A stretch of 30,582 nt of DNA. It comes from an uncultured virus (IMG/VR IMGVR_UViG_3300030107_003216) (taxonomy: Duplodnaviria; Heunggongvirae; Uroviricota; Caudoviricetes). Under the pieces are notes generated by a model. That model worked only from the letters and a program-made list of their open reading frames with translations. It had not been told where the DNA came from and did no database searches. The stretch spans positions 62,001 through 92,582 of IMG/VR virus record IMGVR_UViG_3300030107_003216; one strand, given 5' to 3'. Each line of letters starts with the position of its first letter. The stretch's first letter is position 1. The position numbers were made by a program, and so were the translations under genes. This document shows positions 25,060-30,582 of the stretch, in pieces.

Positions 25060-25725
25060 ATGGCAGTCAATAGAAAGCGTTGCGGTTTGTGTCAAGCAGA
25101 CAATAGGCAAGAATTAGAGGATGCTCTTGAAAACGGTACTATGACTTGTGATGAAATAGATGCGGCTAATGGTTGGAGAAGCGGAACTGCGGCCCAACAT
25201 CAAAGAAATCATATGGGGGATTATGTTATGTCGGCTAATCCTAAATGTGTTTTATGCACAGACCCAATGAGAAAACATTACGAACAGGCATTGAGTAATG
25301 GAGAGATAGACAGTGAAGCGGTGGCTTTGGCATTAGATACTACAAAAGCACAAATTCAACGACATATGAAACACCACTTAACTCCAATCGTGCAGCAATC
25401 CGCAGCCGCCATAATTGCTAAGAAGGAGGTAAATGAAATTGATTTACTTTCTAACAATGTTGAGAAATTAGATGCGAGATTAGAGCAAGTGTTTAATGAA
25501 TTAGGAAATGACTTAGACCCTAAGATGATTGATGCTCTAACTAAGTTAGCAAGAGAAATTAGAGAGTCACTAAAGTATCTAATGGAATTCAAAGGCAAAC
25601 TTATTCATAAGCGACAAGATACTGTTATTGTTGCACAAATGCAAATTGTTCAAGAAGTGTTAGCACAGAATAATCCTGATATTTGGTTAGATATTAAGAA
25701 AAGAATGCAGGAGAAATTACAATGA
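25060..25725 (+). CDS. Tandem Zn-finger/HTH DNA-binding protein with coiled coil; possible terminase small subunit
   Basis: Two repeats of CxxC...AL.NG...HxxxH followed by an amphipathic helical domain. Confidence 0.6.
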   Translation: MAVNRKRCGLCQADNRQELEDALENGTMTCDEIDAANGWRSGTAAQHQRNHMGDYVMSANPKCVLCTDPMRKHYEQALSNGEIDSEAVALALDTTKAQIQRHMKHHLTPIVQQSAAAIIAKKEVNEIDLLSNNVEKLDARLEQVFNELGNDLDPKMIDALTKLAREIRESLKYLMEFKGKLIHKRQDTVIVAQMQIVQEVLAQNNPDIWLDIKKRMQEKLQ

Positions 25726-25850
25726 GTTGGGAAGATATAATCAAAATGAGTTTTACAGAACAGTTGATTAGACAAGCATATTCAAAAAAGACCAAAGAGG
25801 AATTAATAGATAAAATAGTTGAATTATTAACAGGAGGGGATGAAGAATGA
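25722..25850 (+). CDS. N-terminal-tag microprotein (MSWEDIIKM, 42 aa)
   Basis: Manual translation; ATGA overlaps on both sides. Confidence 0.7.
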   Translation: MSWEDIIKMSFTEQLIRQAYSKKTKEELIDKIVELLTGGDEE

Positions 25851-26170
25851 GTTGGAAAGAGATATTAAAATCGTATGAATTAAGTGAAGCGATTAAAGAC
25901 TTCATTTATAACACAGAAATAAAACCTAATATGTATGAGTTTTTACCAGAAGCAAATGATTCTGTTAGGGATTTTAAGAACAATGACCCTAAAGGATTTG
26001 AATTATATCTTAATGATATTTTTGATTACATTACTTCTAAAGTATCAAAGGAAGAATTAACTGAATTTTATAGAGAAATGTATTATGATGATGAAAAAGA
26101 TGAAGAACCGTATAACCCTCGTAAAATTCAAAAGATAATATATGAGGCTATGAATGCAAGAAAGCCATAG
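25847..26170 (+). CDS. N-terminal-tag protein (MSWKEILKS)
   Basis: Shared motif. Confidence 0.75.
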   Translation: MSWKEILKSYELSEAIKDFIYNTEIKPNMYEFLPEANDSVRDFKNNDPKGFELYLNDIFDYITSKVSKEELTEFYREMYYDDEKDEEPYNPRKIQKIIYEAMNARKP

Positions 26171-26181
26171 GAGAAATTACA

Positions 26182-26499
26182 ATGAGTTGGCAAGATATTC
26201 TTCACAAGAAAGGTAAAGCCCGAAGAAAGGCTGGCTCTAAAAAAGCAAAGAAAAAATTAGGCAAGCCCCGAAAAGGAAAAAGATTTGTTAAAAGAACAAA
26301 GTCTGGCAGAAAGGTTTCATACGGTCAATCGGGTAAAGCCAAAGATGGTGGCGATAGAATAAGGCCCGGAACTTCTAAGGGAGATGCTTATTGTGCAAGG
26401 TCAAATAAAATCAAAGGCGATTGGAGAAGTGACCCGAATAGCCCGAATAATCTAAGCCGTAAAAAATGGAAATGCCACGGAAATAAATCAAGAAGGTGA
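26182..26499 (+). CDS. N-terminal-tag, highly basic protein (DUF6321-like)
   Basis: MSWQDILHK; KVSYGQ...AYCARS...DPNSPNNLSRKKWKC. Confidence 0.75.
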   Translation: MSWQDILHKKGKARRKAGSKKAKKKLGKPRKGKRFVKRTKSGRKVSYGQSGKAKDGGDRIRPGTSKGDAYCARSNKIKGDWRSDPNSPNNLSRKKWKCHGNKSRR

Positions 26500-26503
26500 T
26501 AAT

Positions 26504-27415
26504 ATGGATTGGAAAGATGTTCTAAAAAATGATGTTGAGAAAGGACTCTTTAGTAGGTCTAAGTTTCCTGATGAAGAGTCTGAGCAATTTTATAATATGC
26601 AATTTAATAATGCCTATAATTGGAGTGGCGACCCATATAGAAAAAAGCAATTCCAAAAACAAGTAATGGCTTTACCTAAAGCACAAAGAACCGTTGATGG
26701 AATTAAAAGTGTTTTGACCGCAATTGGTTCACCTTCTAAATTTACTTCAGCGAAACCCCAACAACAAAATATTGTAACTGAAACTGTGGATAGTATTGAT
26801 AATGTTTGGTCTGAGGGTTCTGACTCCGGAAAACATTTGACTAACCCATATAAGAAATCAAATAAAATGCTGAAAGGCTCGAAGCCCATGAATAGATGGG
26901 GGCCAATTATTGATGAAATTATGTCGGATGGATATAACAGAACTTCAAGAGGCATTATTGAAAGTTTATACAGTTATCAAAACGATAAAAAGAAATCAAC
27001 AAGAAATATTCCTACTCAAAGAGCAATAAACATGTATCTTAAATCGAATCCTGAATATATTAGAATGGGTTCATCAAGTTATGGCACAGAATATAGACTA
27101 AAAGATGATGTTGCTAAATTAATGAAGGGAATGGAAACCGCAACCCGTTCAGCAGAATTATGGATTGCTAATGATTATGACTTAAATCAAATGGCACTTG
27201 GCTACATTAAAAGTTTAATTCAATCTGGACACGACAAAGCCCAAGTAATGTCTAAGTTAAGCGCATGGCTACCTAATATGATGGTTCATCACAGTGGTTT
27301 TATGGATGAGTTAGAAGGATATGGTGAAATAGACGCTATTAGTGATGTTGAATGGGCTAATGTAGCGGAAACTTTTGCAGACCATGTTGATGATTTGGTG
27401 GAGGATTTGCAGTGA
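26504..27415 (+). CDS. N-terminal-tag protein (MDWKDVLKN), apparently multi-module
   Basis: Shared motif; AGGTGA Shine-Dalgarno. Confidence 0.8.
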   Translation: MDWKDVLKNDVEKGLFSRSKFPDEESEQFYNMQFNNAYNWSGDPYRKKQFQKQVMALPKAQRTVDGIKSVLTAIGSPSKFTSAKPQQQNIVTETVDSIDNVWSEGSDSGKHLTNPYKKSNKMLKGSKPMNRWGPIIDEIMSDGYNRTSRGIIESLYSYQNDKKKSTRNIPTQRAINMYLKSNPEYIRMGSSSYGTEYRLKDDVAKLMKGMETATRSAELWIANDYDLNQMALGYIKSLIQSGHDKAQVMSKLSAWLPNMMVHHSGFMDELEGYGEIDAISDVEWANVAETFADHVDDLVEDLQ

Positions 27416-29835
27416 GTCGCAATTGGTTTCAGATTTTGAAGAAACCTGTTGGTTATCCGTACATTGACGACCCAACAATGTTTGCCTTTGACATAATTTC
27501 TGCTAATAACACCCAAGATTTGATGGACAAAATAAAAAATAATGAGATTTCTGATGCTGATTTACAAGTTTTGGCAAGAAGAATCAATCAGATTAAGGGA
27601 AATGATGAAAAAATAAAAGAAATTTTAGAAACATACAAAAATTATCCCGATAAAGACCTAAATGTTCAACAAATTAAGTCAAATTTAGAAACTCTTTCTG
27701 GCATGATGCCAAAACAAACAGGCCAAAAGCCACAAGGTAATGTTGAAGAGATTGAAAAACTCGTAAAAGAGATAAAAGAAGCATTTTTTAGTGATAAAAA
27801 GGCATTAGTCGAGAAATTAAAGAAGTTAATGCCAGCAAATAAAGACAATTGGAAAAGATACCCTGAAGCAAGAGATATTATTGCGTATCAAGAGCGTCTA
27901 AATGCTAAAAATGAGCAAAATATGATAGCATTTGAAAATAATCCTGATGAAAATGATGAAAATGTCAAAAAATTAGCAGAATATTTTGGTTCTGAGTATA
28001 AAGATGGTGTAATTTTGCTAAAAATTAGAAAAATAGGAGAATTTTCTGAAAAAATCAATCCTATTTTGTGGAAAGACGAAAATCAAAAAAATTGGGAGTT
28101 AAAAAGAATACAATCTAAAGATGGAAAGAGCGTTGATGAAATTAATCCCGATAAAAAAGAAATTGTTGAGAAAAAGAAAGAAATAAAAAAGATTTATTTG
28201 GAATTAAAGAAAAAATATGGTATTCAATTAATATTTGGTGGTAAAAAAGAAGCACTACAAGATATTAGAGGAAAAAGTTTGGAAATAGTTTATTCTGGAA
28301 TAGAATATAAAGTGAAGCCAATAAATTCTGCATCAGATGTTCAAAAGTATATTCGTGGATATGAAGCAGTTACGGGAACTCCTTCTCAATTAATACCAAC
28401 ATGGCTTTCCGGCGTATCTCCCGATAAGCAAGATTACAATAAAGTAGCATCTCAAGCAACAGTTGGTGGAACCAACATACAATTCCCAGACATAATGTTC
28501 TTAGAAAGAGGGAGTGGAAATAAAAAGAAATTAACTTTCAATCCTTATGGTTCTGCTATATTGTATCATTCTGTGTCAAGTGAAGGTTGGTTTAAGACCT
28601 ATTTTAACATGGCAAGAAAAACAGAGTTTATTTCAGAAGAAAGAGCAAAGTCTTTGATAGTGAATGATATTGTTGATACTCTTGCTGGAAAACATGGGCG
28701 CATGAAAGAGAGTTTCAAGTATGGTATTCCTCTAAGAAGGTATGCTTTAGACTCAAAAGACAGAGCGATTGACTTCACAAATGAAGAGTCGGCTAAAAGA
28801 AAAGTCAAGAAAAAAATAGAGGGGAGTCCTACTTTAGCACAGGAAATAAATGATAAAAGAAATGAGTTGAGAAAAGATACTATTGACAAACTTGAGCAGG
28901 GATGGACTCAAAAAGAAGCCGTGGCTTTCCTTGACTATTGGAAAGAAAAGAATTTAGATACCCAAGGAAAACTGAAAGTACATTGGTTTTCCACTCCAAT
29001 ATCTGAAAAAGAATTGCTTTTAGCAGAATATGACAACAACGAAACTAACATGATAGCCGATTCTGAATATGCACAGATAGAAGTGGCTTGGGCGAATAAA
29101 TGGGATGAGGACAATAACCCCGAAGAGTTTGACCCGTTTGAGTATTATACTCCCACCACAATACTTGATGAATTAGATGGGTCTTTCAAAAGAAATCCAG
29201 CATATAAGGATGGTAAATTAAAAGACACTACTAAGGAAAAAGAAAAGGAAATCAAAGAATTAGAAGCGACTCTTGAAGGCAAAAGCAGTGCTGAACAAAA
29301 AAGAATCAGAAATGCTATTGCTCAAAAGAAGGCCAACATTAAGAGATTCCAAGAAATGTCAGAAAGCAAAGGACAAATTAAAAGAGATTTACTACCACGA
29401 TTACGAGAAATCGTAAATTCAGTGGATAATTACCCTTCTATGGTTGCTCAATTAGCACAGACAAAAAAGAATGCTCTCAACTCAATTATACAAGAAGTTG
29501 ATACTAACTTTAACAAATTGGCTGTTCTTAGCGCAGATGCGGCAATAGGATTCCTTGCAATATTGGCAGAATATTATCCAAAGAAGCCGGACTTCATAGG
29601 TGAAGCATACGATAAGATAGACAAAAATCCTTCTCAAGCAAAGGAAATTGCAGAGAAAGAATTAGGTACTCAAGTGATGACTACCTTCTTAACTGATATG
29701 AAAGGTTTAATTATGAAGTCCTTTGAGAACCAACTACAACATTTGGTTAATTTCCCGACTATGTATGATAAGAGGCATTTATCCAACATTATTAAAGTCT
29801 TTACAAGCAGTGATGTTAATTTATTGGAGGTATAA
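27412..29835 (+). CDS. Large hypothetical protein with tag variant (MSRNWFQILKK)
   Basis: 807-aa ORF; GGAGG Shine-Dalgarno; GTGA overlap with the previous gene. Confidence 0.8.
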   Translation: MSRNWFQILKKPVGYPYIDDPTMFAFDIISANNTQDLMDKIKNNEISDADLQVLARRINQIKGNDEKIKEILETYKNYPDKDLNVQQIKSNLETLSGMMPKQTGQKPQGNVEEIEKLVKEIKEAFFSDKKALVEKLKKLMPANKDNWKRYPEARDIIAYQERLNAKNEQNMIAFENNPDENDENVKKLAEYFGSEYKDGVILLKIRKIGEFSEKINPILWKDENQKNWELKRIQSKDGKSVDEINPDKKEIVEKKKEIKKIYLELKKKYGIQLIFGGKKEALQDIRGKSLEIVYSGIEYKVKPINSASDVQKYIRGYEAVTGTPSQLIPTWLSGVSPDKQDYNKVASQATVGGTNIQFPDIMFLERGSGNKKKLTFNPYGSAILYHSVSSEGWFKTYFNMARKTEFISEERAKSLIVNDIVDTLAGKHGRMKESFKYGIPLRRYALDSKDRAIDFTNEESAKRKVKKKIEGSPTLAQEINDKRNELRKDTIDKLEQGWTQKEAVAFLDYWKEKNLDTQGKLKVHWFSTPISEKELLLAEYDNNETNMIADSEYAQIEVAWANKWDEDNNPEEFDPFEYYTPTTILDELDGSFKRNPAYKDGKLKDTTKEKEKEIKELEATLEGKSSAEQKRIRNAIAQKKANIKRFQEMSESKGQIKRDLLPRLREIVNSVDNYPSMVAQLAQTKKNALNSIIQEVDTNFNKLAVLSADAAIGFLAILAEYYPKKPDFIGEAYDKIDKNPSQAKEIAEKELGTQVMTTFLTDMKGLIMKSFENQLQHLVNFPTMYDKRHLSNIIKVFTSSDVNLLEV

Positions 29836-29837
29836 TT

Positions 29838-30582
29838 ATGGTAAGATTAGTACAAGAAGTTGATTATGATATTTCTGAAAATACTATTAAGGATATTGTT
29901 AAAATACCATCAGGAAGAAAAAAGAATCTTGCTTTCAAAAAAGAAGTGGATAAATTTACACAATTTATTCGAGGCGAGAACTTAGATAATCAAAGTGATT
30001 TAAGAAATAAATTCCAAAGAGAATTAAGGCAAGCAGTTGAAGAAGCGGGAAAATCAAAGTCTGGTTCTTCTGCGGAAAGAAGTCAATTAGCCACAGTATT
30101 TAGAAATATAAAAGTTGAAAATCTTAGAGGCAGTACAATTTCTCCTGCTCAATTAGCCACCACTGTAAAACTAAAAACAGGTACAGATGGCAGGTTTTTG
30201 TTTAATGTCAAAAATATACAAATGATTAATCTTGATGAACTTGAAAAAGCAATAAACTATATTGAATCATTGAAGGCATCGGAAGAGGGATTACCAGAAG
30301 GTTATGAAGTAATGGCGCATAATATTTCCTTAATGTATGATTATGTTAAAGAAGAAAAAGATGCTTTTGGTGAAGCCAAAGAAAGGCCAAAGGAAAGAGT
30401 AGGAAGATATAGAACTACCTATACTAAAGAAAAACAAGGTGTTGATATACCCCCTCTTGATTTTAATTTTATTTATGGTGCGATTGATGCTTCTAAGGGT
30501 GCTTATCGAAAAATTATTTATGAACATTGGTCGGAAACGGCAAAAAAATATACTAATTTCAAGGAGAAGTTTGATGCTTTTT
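29838..30582 (+). CDS. Hypothetical protein, 5' part (runs off the window)
   Basis: GGAGGT Shine-Dalgarno then MVRLVQEVDYDISENTIKDIVK...; the frame appears open to the window end. Confidence 0.75.
   Translation, partial: MVRLVQEVDYDISENTIKDIVKIPSGRKKNLAFKKEVDKFTQFIRGENLDNQSDLRNKFQRELRQAVEEAGKSKSGSSAERSQLATVFRNIKVENLRGSTISPAQLATTVKLKTGTDGRFLFNVKNIQMINLDELEKAINYIESLKASEEGLPEGYEVMAHNISLMYDYVKEEKDAFGEAKERPKERVGRYRTTYTKEKQGVDIPPLDFNFIYGAIDASKGAYRKIIYEHWSETAKKYTNFKEKFDAF

Overview
This window looks like part of a large tailed-virus (Caudoviricetes-like) genome infecting an archaeon, most plausibly a marine Poseidoniales/MGII virus (magrovirus-like). The assignment is inferred from a viral TFB, a tRNA with a bulge-helix-bulge intron, GGTGA Shine-Dalgarno motifs and GroEL/GroES. 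It has three zones. (1) 1-15.1 kb, all minus strand: GroEL/GroES, a JAB/JAMM protease, a Myb-like HTH protein, a minimal ThiF/E1, TFB, an E2-like candidate, class II RNR, a ubiquitin-like protein ending GG-SC, a DenV-like glycosylase, a UvrD helicase, an intron-containing tRNA-Lys and many Zn-finger microproteins. (2) 15.1-20.8 kb, a gene-sparse switch zone: an AT-rich origin-like region, then six regularly spaced palindromic CAAAG..ACCATATGG(T)..CTTTG elements that separate modules of alternating orientation (paralogous genes and probable ncRNAs). (3) 20.8-30.6 kb, all plus strand: 14 otherwise unrelated proteins sharing an N-terminal M[TSD]WxD[IV][LI]K-like tag, a Zn-finger/HTH TerS-like protein and large hypothetical proteins. 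The main leads are a dispersed viral ubiquitin-like conjugation system, a shared N-terminal targeting tag, the palindrome-delimited cassette array, and a tRNA intron that displays an anti-Shine-Dalgarno sequence in a loop. All calls come from reading motifs by eye; no searches were run.
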